64,000 bases of DNA from Octopus bimaculoides (Eukaryota). Numbering within the stretch: position 1 is the stretch's first letter; the number at the start of each line of letters is the position of its first letter. Below, one piece after another: positions 11,401 through 24,248 of this stretch. The stretch spans positions 24,230,802 through 24,294,801 of the forward strand of contig NC_068983.1 of assembly GCF_001194135.2 (NCBI RefSeq), read 5' to 3'. The notes beneath the pieces were generated by a model. That model saw only the letters and a list, made by a program, of their open reading frames with translations, made no database searches and had not been told where the DNA came from. Made by a program: the position numbers and the translations under genes.

Positions 11401-12264
11401 AATTCAAATTGCTTGGTTCTGCTGCTCAGAATAATTGGCCACATTAGAAAGTATTTAAAAGTTACATTCATAGCAACAGTATTTTCTCTCCAGACAGACA
11501 GTCACTTAATACTCTTATGCACCAATACAGCTTTTTAGCTTTTTAACTAAAGTCTATGAAAAGTTTCCATTATTCCTCATGCTGTTATTTGCCTATTAAC
11601 ATTAGAAAAAAAATATTTCTCTTGAAAGAAAAGGCAAAAAAAAAAAAAAACTGTATCAAAACTACAACAAATTATAAAGAATTTATGGTGACAGTTAAAG
11701 AATACTGATATTTTTTTGTTTCCTTACCCCTTGCAGAAATGTTCATTCCTGAAGCTGTGACAATCAATTCAGCTTTGTCTTTACTTGGTCCAATGTTTCT
11801 CTCGCCAGACAATTCAACTCTGTTTAGTTAATCAAGTGAGATGCTTTATGGTTTGCTTTATAGAAATCAATGTTTGTATCGGTATTATTCTGTACATCAT
11901 ATTCGCAAAAAAAAAACAAATATCTCTCATCATTACATTTGTTTATGGTGCTATTCTCTGACAAAGAAAAAAAAACTTGTACAGGTATTTTGTCATTATG
12001 AAGCTCATTGTGTAGATGTACAATTAGCATATATTACACTTGGCAGTTTTTCTCTCCTGAGAATAGTCTTTAAGATTTGTGAAGTAGTAAATTGCAGAAG
12101 TCATTGAGTGATGGAGTAAAAACCTAGTAATATTGGGTTTTGGCCTTCAGCATTCTCAGATCAAATTCAACTGCAGTTAACTCTAACTTTTGTCTTGCTC
12201 TCTCTCTCTCTAGTTTATAAAAGTGAGAAGATTTGATACCAGTCAAGCACTGGTTCATCTAAAT

Positions 12265-12552
12265 CAGTGGTTTCCAAACTTTTCTGGAGCTGCCACCTCC
12301 TTGGCACCTCAGGCCACATTTCTTGCACTTCCCTCCCACCCTACCACATACACTCACCACAACAAACACAGACCACTTTCTGTAGCAAATTCAAAACAAC
12401 TGCATTTCACAAACAAAACTTAACCTAATTAACCCATTATTTTGTTGCTTTTATACCTACCGCACTATTCTTCAATGCCTTCCTGAATCTTTCCAGCCCC
12501 CCCCCCCCACACACACACAAGGGGGCAGTGCTGCCCACTTTGGGAACTACTG
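12265..12552. mobile_element. hAT (Charlie-like) MITE
   Basis: TIRs CAGTGGTTTCCAAACT / ACTTTGGGAACTACTG; 8-bp TSD ATCTAAAT / ATTTAAAT. Confidence 0.88.
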
Positions 12553-14299
12553 ATTTAAATCAACTACATTCTTGCCTCCAAATCTATAGACTTTTGCCAA
12601 AGTTAAAGCTGTATTTGTCTAAGCAGTGAGTTAGTAAAAGCACTACGTTTAATTTAGCCCCCTTTTCTGCTATGTTCTGAGTTGATATAGCATCCCCTAT
12701 GGTTGGCTGATCTTTCTATCCCTTTCAGAACTGGTGATAATATATTTTTAAAAAATGGTGGTGCTGCTGGTTTCATTTGTATAGACCACTTGTTCTCAGT
12801 CATATTTTGTCTATGGAATGCCTTTATTTCTTATTCTACTCTTTTTACTCCTCTGGATTCCCATAGCCATTCAATGTTTAAAAAAATCCTATTGTATTTT
12901 CATAATTAATTAATAATTAGGAATTTCATAAGAAAAATTGTTGAAATATTTTGTGTATTGTACAAGTATAACTAATTCATTGCACATAAATTTTAATGAC
13001 AAAATTTCATATGGACTCCAGTTGGGTACCATTTGTATAGACTGTTACTCCTTCTCGCCATTATTACCATCATCACCATCACCATTATCAACAATTGGCC
13101 TTGTGTTAAATTAAGAAATCAATATTCATGAATTAGAAGCAGCAGCAGCATCCAATGGAAGAGTCTAATTGTTCAGGTCAAATCATAGAAACTGTGAAAG
13201 GCAGAGATTTATCATCTTGAGGGGTGTGACAGGTTGTTGTACGAGTCGATTCACTTCTTGGTGGCCTATTTTAACTTCCAAAGTAACGTTTGTAGGTGAA
13301 TTTGGATATTTCTTTTGCTTTGTTTTTGGTGATATTCCTCTGTCTTAGTTTCTTTCTTCTTTTTATAGCTGAGAGTAAAGAAGGAAATTGAATTAACTGC
13401 AGATGAAACTAAATTTGCTGAGGATGGTTTGAACAGTTGACATCTAGTTATTTATTCATGAGCACTAATTTTAAGTAAATGAATTACATAACCTCAAAAC
13501 ACTTGGGTTGAAATAATTATATTTAAGTTAGTTATTCAAGTTACTTTCTTTATATATGTATATAAAAAAAAATACAGTTATACTATACTATAGATTAGTA
13601 ACAAGTTTAAATACCTGTGAGGTATAATATNNNNNNNNNNNNNNNNNNNNNNNNNNNNNNNNNNNNNNNNNNNNNNNNNNNNNNNNNNNNNNNNNNNNNN
13701 NNNNNNNNNNNNNNNNNNNNNNNNNNNNNNNNNNNNNNNNNNNNNNNNNNNNNNNNNNNNNNNNNNNNNNNNNNNNNNNNNNNNNNNNNNNNNNNNNNNN
13801 NNNNNNNNNNNNNNNNNNNNNNNNNNNNNNNNNNNNNNNNNNNNNNNNNNNNNNNNNNNNNNNNNNNNNNNNNNNNNNNNNNNNNNNNNNNNNNNNNNNN
13901 NNNNAAAAAAAAAAAAAAGCGAAAGGCAAAAAAAACTGAATTTAGATTTTGGATTTGGCTCAAAAAATTTAACCATAGTCATGTTTTATGTTTTCTTTTA
14001 TGAGATAGTTTTAGAAGTAAGAGCAGTAGTTGTAGCCTTTTCTGGCTTTCCTAGACTGGAAGAATTAGGATAGTTAGCTAAAATTAGTATAGCTTGTATT
14101 CATTTACAGCTTCTGATGATCAGTTTTCTATGTTCAAGAGAGACCTCTGGAAAAAAAGAAAAAAAAGATGTAGATAAGTAGCTGCTTTTATTCCTTATTC
14201 AAAAGGATGAAACACAGAAATGGTGGTGGTGGTGAGTGAACATAGATGGGGACAGAGAAGTGAAATGAGCAGGTTTAGCTTTGCTTGGATCTAGAAGCT

Positions 14300-14760
14300 C
14301 AGTGTTCCATGTATACTGTGGTTGTATATGTAAGGAGCCTGTAATACAGTTAAGATATACATGCATTGTAATAGTGATTGTAGAAGCGGCATAGTGGAGA
14401 TACCTTTTTGGGTGTTCATCTGTTGTTGTAGACTGTTGGTGAATGTAAATTTATCAAAGTAGATGATAGTCCACACCAAGACGATTATGTGTGTAGTTGT
14501 TTATGGTCATATCTCATTGTAAACACTGCTTCTTGTCTGTTAATAATACTTAAGCAAAGTGAAACTTAATACTTAGATGAGTGATAGCTTGGGAAACCTT
14601 AGTGCAGAAAGCAAAGAAGCTTTCATACTGAGTTATAAGAAACGATGATGGTGGTGAGTTTGATGTTTGGAAGCTCTGTCAAGAGCCAAAAAGCTTTCTT
14701 GCTGGATGCAGTTGAATTGAAGACATGCTATACAACTTAGTTGTGAGCCTGTGGTGAAAG
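14300..14760 (-). mobile_element. Old LINE reverse-transcriptase relic
   Basis: Minus frames SLLSALRFPKLSLI*VLSF (cf. GLLYKL..FP..LI.WI.SF) and WCGLSSTLINLH (cf. QGxVLSPTLFNLY), in the order expected for RT. Confidence 0.5.
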
Positions 14761-14924
14761 TTATATCTCTAAACCGTTTGTGTGTATGTGTGTGTGCGTG
14801 TGTGTGTGTGTGTGTGAACAAAAGTTCATAAAGGTTCATTAACTCTTTATGCTTCTATGTGTGAGCCTTTGTAAAGAGTTCATTTTTGAGTGTCCTTAAG
14901 GCAGAGAATGACAATGTTCTTTCT

Positions 14925-15090
14925 AATTTTAGCACAAGGCTGAGAGTTTTGAAGGGAGAGGACAAGTCAATTACTTTTGACTCCAGTACTAGACTAGCAC
15001 TTTGTTTTATCGACCCTGAAAAGATGATAGGCAAGGTTGACCTCAGCAGAAATTAAATTCAGTATATAACAATTCTGCCAACTTACCACT
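14925..15090 (-). mobile_element. SINE family B, diverged
   Basis: TTTAGCACAAGG...ATCGACCC...GCAAGGTTGACCTC...CTGCCAAC. Confidence 0.7.
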
Positions 15091-15162
15091 TTTGCCAATA
15101 ACATAAAATTGCATTCTGTGATTCTGGGTTCATATTCTTAGAGAGAGAGAAAAATTTCTAAA

Positions 15163-15265
15163 TGTGGCACCTTGGGCAAATGTCTTCTACTATAGCCTCA
15201 GGCCGACCAAAGCCTTGTGAGTGGATTTGGTAGATGGAAACTGAAAGAAGCCCATCATATATATG

Positions 15266-15298
<33 letters not shown>

Positions 15299-15512
15299 AT
15301 GTTTGTGTGTCTGTGTTTGTGCCCCCAACATCGCTTGACAACTGATGCTGGTGTGTTTACGTCCCCGTGACTTAGCAGTTCGGCAACAGAGACCAATAGA
15401 ATAAGTACTAGGCTTACAAAGAATAAGTCCTGGGGTCGATTTGCTCGACTAAAGGCGGTGCTCCAGCATGGCCACATTCAAATGACTGAAACAAGTAAAA
15501 GAGTAAAAGAGT
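15163..15512 (+). mobile_element. SINE family A, 5'-truncated, young
   Basis: Starts at GTGGCACCTTGGGCAA; full tail ending AAAAGAGTAAAAGAG. Confidence 0.92.
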
Positions 15513-15656
15513 GCACTTTGCTCTCTGTATGGATGTGTGTTTGTACCTTCCATATGTGACTGATTATCTCTATATATACTTAACCATTTAAATTGGTGTG
15601 GACCTTCTTATCATTGTGTATTAATATGTGACTGTGTCTCAGCATATGTGTATGTG

Positions 15657-15740
15657 TAATGTATTTCCATATATTGATATATTTCAGAATTTCTGTGTGT
15701 AATGTATTTCCCTATATTGATATATTTCAGAATTTCGGAT
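15657..15740. repeat. ~43-bp direct tandem duplication
   Basis: tgtgtaatgtatttcc(a/c)tatattgatatatttcagaatttc occurs twice in tandem. Confidence 0.9.
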
Positions 15741-15869
15741 ATTTAAACTTGTTACTAATCTATAGTATAGTATAACTGTATTTTTTTTATAACTGTGTGT
15801 TGTGTGTGTGTGTAAAACAATCTATATGTGATGTATATTTGTTAGTTTAGCAAGAAGCAGAACTAAAAG

Positions 15870-16135
15870 TCTTACAGAACTCTTTGGTACTTATTCTGTC
15901 CTTCTCTTTGGCTGAACTGCTAAGCCATAGGAACATAAACAAACCAACACTAGTTGTCAAGTGGTGTGTGAAGAAACAAATACAGACAAATGTACGTGCA
16001 CACACATACACTTTCCGTCTGTCAGATTCACTCAAAAAGCTGTAAAAGACACTTAAACAAGAGTGCTGCACAGTGGGACTGAACTTGAAACCCCCATAGC
16101 TGCAAAGAACCATATAGCCATGCCTACACTTGTAG
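15870..16135 (-). mobile_element. SINE family A, diverged
   Basis: GGTACTTATTCT...GCTGAACTGCTAAG...GTTGTCAAG...GTGGGACTGAAC. Confidence 0.8.
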
Positions 16136-16569
16136 TGTATATATACATACATACATACAAAATCGAACATATTCTGTATGTACCTGGTGTAAAAAACACC
16201 TGAAAGTAAGTCACAGTCAAGTGAAACAACTCGATATTTAGTTATTGTTCTGACTTATCAATTCTGCATGCTGAACAAGGCCTGCTGCAAGCCACATCGC
16301 CAACTATGATTATATGCTAAATGGTTTAGACACCATCTCCAAGCATGTCCCAAAATTTCATGCCATAGAAAAAATTCAAATATGAATTAGAAGCAGCTTG
16401 AGGTAAATAAACAGTTGTTTTTTACACTAGGTACATAGAGAATATATTCTCTTATGTCTAAAACTCAGAGCCAATCCATGAACTAACAACACACATACCT
16501 TGTGTATGTGTGTTTGATTTTGTTTATATACCTTGAACTGCTTCTAATTCATATTTGAATATATATGTA

Positions 16570-17818
16570 TTGGGTCAGCCCATAAATAATGTGGTTTTTT
16601 TCAATTGCATGAACTAAAAGTCAGAAGGGGACAGGATAAACTACCTGCATCAACTTGCTATAAAAGAAGGTAGTAATTTCACCTTGTACTTATTCTTAGT
16701 GCAATTTTTGAAGATTGCAGTTCGATTTTAACAGTTATTTTTTCAAAGCTATTATAGAAGTGACAAAGAAGCATATTTGGAATAATTTGCTTTATGAGTT
16801 TAATAAAGGCAACAGCACAATGGAAAGTGCGAGGAATGTTAATGCAGTATATGGGAATCGGACAGTATGTGTAAACCAGTGTCAACGGCGGTTCTAGAAT
16901 TTCCGAACTGGAAACTACAGCCTAGAATATGAGCCTTGTCCGGGAAGATATGTAGAGCTCGACAAGGACTTCCTGCAGACCCTGGTGGAACAAAATCCCA
17001 TCGTAACTGTTGAGGAACTAGCAGAGAAGCTTGGATTTGGTCATTCAACCATTCATCGACAACGTGTGTGCCATCGGAAAAGTCAGCAAATTGGGTCAAT
17101 AGGTTCCTCACAAATTTTCCGAGTCTGATTGTGCATATGAACCTTTTTTGGACCAAATAGTGACTGGTGATGAGAAATGGGTTCTTTATAAAAATGTCAA
17201 GCACCAAAGACAGTGAGTAGGGAAAGGAGAAACACTGGCACCCCAGGCTAAAGAAGGTCTTCACCCATGTAAGGTGTTATTATCTGTTTGGTGAGATATA
17301 AAAGGTTTAGTTGACTTTGAACTTTTAAACCCAAACCAAACAATAACAAAGGAGATCTACTGCAAGCAACTTGAGTGACTTAAGTCAGTGCTAGAAGAAA
17401 AATAACCATCTTTGGTTTCAAGATGAAAGGTGTTCTTCCATGGGGATAATGCTTGGCCATAAACAGTGAGGATGACATTCTAAAGGCTGGAGCAGTTTGA
17501 ATTGGAGATGATGCCCCACCCACCATATTCACTAGACATTGCTCCCTTCTAATTATCATTTATTCCACAATCTTCAAAATAATTTGGACAGAAAATATAT
17601 GAATTCTGTAGATGAGGTCAGAACAGTACTGGAGGAGTATTTTTCATCACAGACAAGTGAATCTTAAAAGAGGGGCCTTGCAAATCTACCAGATAGATGG
17701 AAGAACATTGTAGAAAATGAAGGAGAGTATATTTTAGATTAAAAAGGAATTTTGTTAATCTTAATTTTGAAAAATAAAAGAAATATAAAAAAAACCACAT
17801 TATTTATGGAATGACCCA

Positions 17819-17819
<1 letters not shown>
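16570..17819 (+). mobile_element. Full-length inactive mariner (D,D34D) transposon, 1250 bp
   Basis: TIRs TTGGGTCAGCCCATAAATAATGTGGTTTT and (rc) TTGGGTCATTCCATAAATAATGTGGTTTT, TA TSD. Transposase relic EVTKKHIWNNLLYEFNKG...IVTGDEKWVLY...FHGDNA...PHPPYSLDIAPSNYHLF...RWKNIVENEGEYILD*, with multiple stops and frameshifts. Confidence 0.96.
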
Positions 17820-17864
<45 letters not shown>

Positions 17865-18686
17865 GCTTCTTTGCAGCTCTAAGAGTTTTTAACTCTTGTT
17901 TCTAGCACTGCAGGTGCTGCTTTGCACTGTCAGTCACAATTGGTGACAGTTGAATTTTTCCTTTTTGGTTTATATTGAATATAGCCACCTTTGTTATTTT
18001 ATATGTATAAGTGTGTGTATGTGTGCGGTTCAAAATTGTACACAAAAAAAGAAACAAAAAAAAAACACACAAGCAGGTGAGGGAACAACAAACAAGGTGT
18101 ATTAGTTTGATTTTCAGGAAAAATAGAGTCTTTGACGTTTTTAGCTTACGCACTTCTACAGGAAGGAATGAGAAAAGAAAACTACGTAGAAAGGTAAAAA
18201 AAAAAAAAACAGAGAGAGAAAAAAATGCATTTAGATTAGCAGTTTCACACGTGTGTGTATATATATATGTGTGTGTGTGTATAGATATGTGCTAGAAGAT
18301 TTTTAAATGTGTTATGTACATCATTTTGGTAGTACTACAGGAAGTATGAGACATACTGCCTAATTAAAATTGGAAACTTCTCAGAGCTGATGATCAGTGG
18401 CTTTGATGCATTTCATAGCAAGGTATATTCAGGATACATATATAAAGGTATAGTACATTATTAAGATTCTGAAACAAAGACTGGTTATGAAAGAACACAA
18501 TAAATATTCATCACTCAAACTATGCGTGTTGAGACTTGTATGAATAATATTTTTTTTTTCTGAAGAGGTCATTAACCATTTTGAGATGAAGACGACAGAA
18601 AACAGTAGATTTTCTTTCTTTTATAAGACAGGTGAATAATAAGAGAGTTATTTTGATTTCTACATAAAGGTATTTGACTTTCAAGA

Positions 18687-18726
<40 letters not shown>

Positions 18727-19312
18727 TGTGTATATACAGGGTAGCAGTGCTAAGCGATGATGTATTTAAATACAAACTCTTGTTACTAGTTCAAATATGC
18801 TTGTGGCATATTCGAACCCCGGAGAGAAATTTTCTCAATAACAAAATACAGTGATACAGGTTCAAATAATGCTTCAAGCATATTTGAACTGGTTACAAGT
18901 TTATATATATATGGATGTGTGTGCGTGCATATATGTGTATGTATGTGCATGTATGTGTGTGAGTGTTTGTGTGTGTGTGTGTATGTGTGTGTGTGTGTGT
19001 GTGATCACCAAATATTTTCTGTACAGTGTTTGTATTTTGGTAGCTGTTGCCAAGTAAGTTACTTGTAAAATATTAATAAAAAAAGTTTGGTATCAGGAAG
19101 GGCAACTGACCGAGGAACACATCCCCAAGACATCTTGTCCAAACTCATTTCACCAAGGAAAATGTGGATATAAAAATATGATTGCGTGCACTCACACACA
19201 ATCATTATTTTACATCCATTTTCCATTATGGGATGGGTTTAGTTTGGATGAGTTGTTGCTGATCTCAAACACTGGTCAGGGATCACATCTTAGTCACCAT
19301 TTTGGCCTGGTG

Positions 19313-19358
<46 letters not shown>

Positions 19359-20011
19359 TGTTTTTGTATGTATTTATATATTTCACTATCATCATCTTTT
19401 AACATCTATTTTCAAAGTTAACATAGATTGAATACATAGCTGCATACACACACNNNNNNNNNNNNNNNNNNNNNNNNNNNNNNNNNNNNNNNNNNNNNNN
19501 NNNNNNNNNNNNNNNNNNNNNNNNNNNNNNNNNNNNNNNNNNNNNNNNNNNNNNNNNNNNNNNNNNNNNNNNNNNNNNNNNNNNNNNNNNNNNNNNNNNN
19601 NNNNNNNNNNNNNNNNNNNNNNNNNNNNNNNNNNNNNNNNNNNNNNNNNNNNNNNNNNNNNNNNNNNNNNNNNNNNNNNNNNNNNNNNNNNNNNNNNNNN
19701 NNNNNNNNNNNNNNNNNNNNNNNNNNNNNNNNNNNNNNNNNNNNNNNNNNNNNNNNNNNNNNNNNNNNNNNNNNNNNNNNNNNNNNNNNNNNNNNNNNNN
19801 NNNNNNNNNNNNNNNNNNNNNNNNNNNNNNNNNNNNNNNNNNNNNNNNNNNNNNNNNNNNNNNNNNNNNNNNNTATACACACATATGGTTGAAATGATTG
19901 TCCTTTTCTTCTTTCTATCACAAGAATGGCAAGTCTTTGTACCAGCCCAATTGTATGACACAGCATTGGTCTATTCATCATCATTTTCAATGTTTAACAT
20001 CTGTTTTCCAT

Positions 20012-20064
<53 letters not shown>

Positions 20065-20299
20065 ACGAGCTTCTTTCAGTTTCCATTTCTCAAATCCACT
20101 CATAGTGAACTGAGGGCTAGGACCAGTGCTAGCATCAGGGTATTCATCTGCTTAGGCCAGTTTTACAGGGTGCTACCCAACCACCTTCACTGGAAAATTT
20201 AGTCAAAAATTTATAGTTCAAGAACTCTACACTTTTATGATTATGCATATCACTGGGCAAAATTTGTTACTGGACAAAATTTGAAATATTTCATGCTGA

Positions 20300-20628
20300 A
20301 TCATGTGATAAGTAAAAATGCTGCCTGATGTTCTTGACCCACCTGTCCTCTATAGATCTTTTTGCTCTGGGAGTAACCTCACCTGCTCTCTTTTTTACTA
20401 AGTGTTCATGGTATTAATTAGATGTAAAACTCATATGCAAATTGTTGGTGGTGCTCCTCACCTTAATTTGAAAGCCACAGGTAATCTCTTACTTTGCTTT
20501 GGGCACAGTGCCATCCCTGCTGAGGACGTTGTGTTTGGATTGCAAGGGCAGCAAAAATACCCGTAATGGGCGTGAACTGAGAATCTATAGAGTAGGCAAT
20601 TCAATATCTTAAATCACTTAGCCATCTC
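20300..20628 (-). mobile_element. Ancient tRNA-derived SINE (possible Deu/Nin-domain type)
   Basis: Minus head GATGGCTAAGTGATTTAAG...CTCAGTTCACGCCC followed by GTCCTCAGCAGGGATGGC, reminiscent of the Deu/Nin central domain; single copy here, assignment from memory. Confidence 0.4.
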
Positions 20629-21841
20629 AACAAGTGAATAAATATTTCATATTAAAATGATATCTGGATGAAGTTGTGAGTTGAGATAATTGATGTAAAA
20701 TGAGAAACAGCAAAAAGATAAAAGAAGCTTGTGAAACACCTGATGTGATTTGTAAAAGGAAGGGTGGGGGAGACAGGCATCAGAAAGTGCTTTGTATCTC
20801 TTCAAATACTGTAATTAAAGACATTGTGCTGATATTGCCAGTCTAATTATGTAATGCATTTTTGTTTGTCACCGGAATATTTGTGTATGAATGTTTGTCA
20901 GTCGGTGTGTTGGTTGATGTCTACATATTGTTTTCTTTTATTTTTATTTATATTTTATTTTATATTTTCTTTTTTTCCCAGTCTGGTGTTGATATCATTG
21001 CTGTCACTGTTCTACCTACAATGTTGGTTTAACAAGCATTTTAACTGTACATGTTTCAAGTTTCCACTATTTGCCATAATATTATTCATTTACCAGGGTT
21101 TTTAACTACTGAATTCCTATTAAAAAAAAACCAGAAAGAATGCTGTTCATACACGTGTGCACACATGTAGATATGTACCTCCCCATATGAATTGTTCTTT
21201 TACAATGCACAGTAAATATATATAAAGTGTCATGATGTCTGTATATTCTAAATAAGCTCAATGATATCATTGATGCAGGCTTTGTTCTCATTTCTTTTAA
21301 CCCTTTCTGGCTCACAGCTACTAAGGAATTCATATCTAAGATAATTAACAATTATTGTCATTTTAAAATTAGAAACAATTGCACGCACACACACAATACT
21401 GGCATAACTGTGGGGTAAGAAATATATATATATATATATATATATAATCTTGACATGTGCATGCAAAACACAAGCTTGTATGCATGTATATGTGTATATA
21501 TATGTGTGTGTGCACATGTGCACATGTGCGCACACATACACAGATATTTATTTATTTATGTAGAAAAAGGATACCAACATTTCCCAGGAAATAAAGCACA
21601 CAGTGGGGAGGTAGTTTGTTGAACAAGAATTCTCATAATTCTGTATGAATTTATTTTTTCAAACACAATGTCTGTATTATTTGTAACCGATATAAATGGT
21701 TCTTTTTTTGGCTTTTAAAACTATTTCATACACAGACACAGACAGTTGTATGCATGGTTATGTATATATATATATATATGTGTGTGTGTGTGCATGTCTG
21801 TGTACATGCTGATACATACATATGAATATGTATGTAGGTAA

Positions 21842-21881
<40 letters not shown>

Positions 21882-22164
21882 ACGCATATAAGCACATGTA
21901 TGCAAACATGTATGTGTATATATACACACATGATCTGTATCAATTTTAATATTTGTTTCACCACACCTGCATACATAGGTGGATCCTCTGCAGCACTGTA
22001 TCTCATTAATTGACATTTCACCACATCATCCCAAGTCCTCATTGCCCTCCCCTTGCACAGGTTTCATTTACTTTGAGTGCCCTGCCCTTCTATATACAGC
22101 TGTCCTCTATATACATCACTTGCTCACACTACATTGTTCAAATTTTTCTCTCAATGGATTTGTG

Positions 22165-22478
22165 TTTTATTATTTATTTTTTTTCCGTCCTTTCAAACCC
22201 CAAGCAGACTCATGGGCCTGGGTTCCCAGTTTCTATGGCGTATGTGTTCCCCCCAGCTGGACGGGACACCAGTCCATCACAGCGTTACTCAAGAAACAGG
22301 AAGAAAGAGTGAGAGAATGTTGGGGCGAAAGAGTACAACAGGGGTCACCACTACTCCATGCCAGAGCCGCATGGAGCTTAGGTGTTTTCGCTCAATAAAC
22401 ACTCACAACGCTTGGTCTGAGAATCGAAACCGCGATCCTCCGACTGCGAGTCCGCTGCCCTAACCACTGGGCCATTGC
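22165..22478 (-). mobile_element. SINE family D, young full-length copy with poly(A) tail
   Basis: Minus: CAATGGCCCAGTGGTTAGGGCAGCGGACTCGCAGTCGGAGGATCGCGGTTTCGATTCT (tRNA-like A and B boxes), TTGAGCGAAAACACCT core, GATGGACTGGTGTCCCGTCCAG module, A-tail. Confidence 0.9.
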
Positions 22479-23706
22479 ACACTGGGATCGAACCTAAACC
22501 ATTGAGTTGTAAAAAGAGCTTCTTAAACACAGAGCCATTCCTGTACCTATACAGTATGTGCATACGCTACAGTGTCAGTCTAATGCCATTCTGTATAACA
22601 ATGAAATTCCTACACCTTCTCCCCCCACTTCATTGAAAGAACATCGCTCTAATGTGCACGCAATTGAGTATCATCCTGAAAATGTTGAGAATTAATCCTA
22701 TGTCCAAAGGCTTCTTTGATTTCATTTAGTTGAGAAGTAAGGGATTGTTAATTCTTTTCGTTCAATTCTCTGAAAAGACTTTTATATTTCAAACCATTTT
22801 CCTTTTTGTAGAATATCTCCTTGCCTTCTGTCTTGTTTTTTTTTTCTTTTTTATCCTTTAAAACCAACCAAATTATAATTGATTGTATGTCATTTGGCTG
22901 TGATACAGGGACATTTGCTATTCACTTTCTTCATTCAAAGTGCTTAAACGTTTTTCTGTTTTTTTTTCGTTGTGATTAAAATAATTTGTTTTCAAAACTG
23001 GTGCCTAGCAATGGTTTAAAAAAAAAAAAAACCCCAAAAAAATAAAGAGAGAAATCCAATGAAAACTTTTTTTTGTTTCTCTGTAAAGAGATTCACTTAA
23101 TTACTTGTTGAATTTAAAAGTCAAGGCTAATATCTTTTATTCAGCATTGTTTATGCAGTATTATCCTTGTTGTTTGCTTAGCTGTATTCATACTAAATAG
23201 ACAGTGCTTTAAAGAGGTTAATCACTATGGAAATGTTTCTTCAAAAGAAAATATATTGATTTGCCACTTTTTAGATGTTTTTAGCTTGGCAAAGGATATT
23301 GCCAATAGAACTTTTATTTCTACTCACCAAAATAAAGGTTCTGGGTTCAAACCAAGCTTATAAAAAGGAATACATGTTCTGAAGGCAATTGAGGATTGCC
23401 TTCAGAACATGTTAATGATGAGCACATAAAAGATGAAATTAATAGTCTGAGAAATTAATGTTGGTGTAGTAATTAATGGATAACTTATCTCAGAAACGAA
23501 GGCAATCAATGCTATAACATTTATGTTGTTGCATTGCATGCTTGACATATTTTCAGAGTCATGTGATGCAACCTAATGATCATGTGAGCCATTTTATGCA
23601 AGAGGGGTAGCAGTTCGATGTAGGAGGCTAGCTATGCAGTTACAGAAGGTTTCTTGTCATAGAAGACTACATATCACTTTGACATTATTTGGATAAACAC
23701 TTTACT

Positions 23707-23930
23707 TTAACCCTTTAGCATTCAGATCACTCTGCCAAATGTAATGCTTATTTGTTCATTGTTTTGAATTAAATATGTATTATCTTGTAGCTCTGGGATT
23801 TCAATTATGTGACTTCGTTTTAAGAATGACATTGTTGGGTAGGTGTAAGAGGCTGGATATGGCTGCTTTGGACATATAACAGGTAGAATATTTGGGCCAG
23901 ATATGGCCAGTTCAAATGCTAAAGGATTTG
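23707..23930 (+). mobile_element. TTAA-type (piggyBac/Kolobok-like) MITE
   Basis: TTAA-CCCTTTAGCATT ... AATGCTAAAGG; related copies at 24655-24872 and 35189-35410. Confidence 0.82.
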
Positions 23931-24248
23931 AATAAATGCTTACTTGGCTTATTTCTGTGATGATAAAGATGAGATGCACTAAATGATGACAGATCAATAT
24001 TGTATGAATGCTAATTGATAAAATATGAGACTGAACAAACATACAACGCTCATGTTCAACAAATATTCAAAGATGGTGTGTTTTGAAGTATTTGTGAAAG
24101 AACTTGATAAAAAGAAGGTCAAGTTGTTTGTAACTACTTTAGACACCTTCAGTTGGGTGATATCCATTTGGAAAATAGCATGAAGTGTATACAAATATAT
24201 TTGCTCTGACATGTACACATATATATATTGTTCTTTTGAGTAATCTCT

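Noticed and set aside
14578-14760. Plus-strand ORF MSDSLGNLSAESKEAFILSYKNDDGGEFDVWKL...
   Set aside because: Better explained as the antisense shadow of a LINE RT relic on the minus strand.
22400-22478. tRNA-like sequence as a tRNA gene (likewise all SINE heads)
   Set aside because: It continues into a SINE body and A-tail and lacks a proper acceptor stem.
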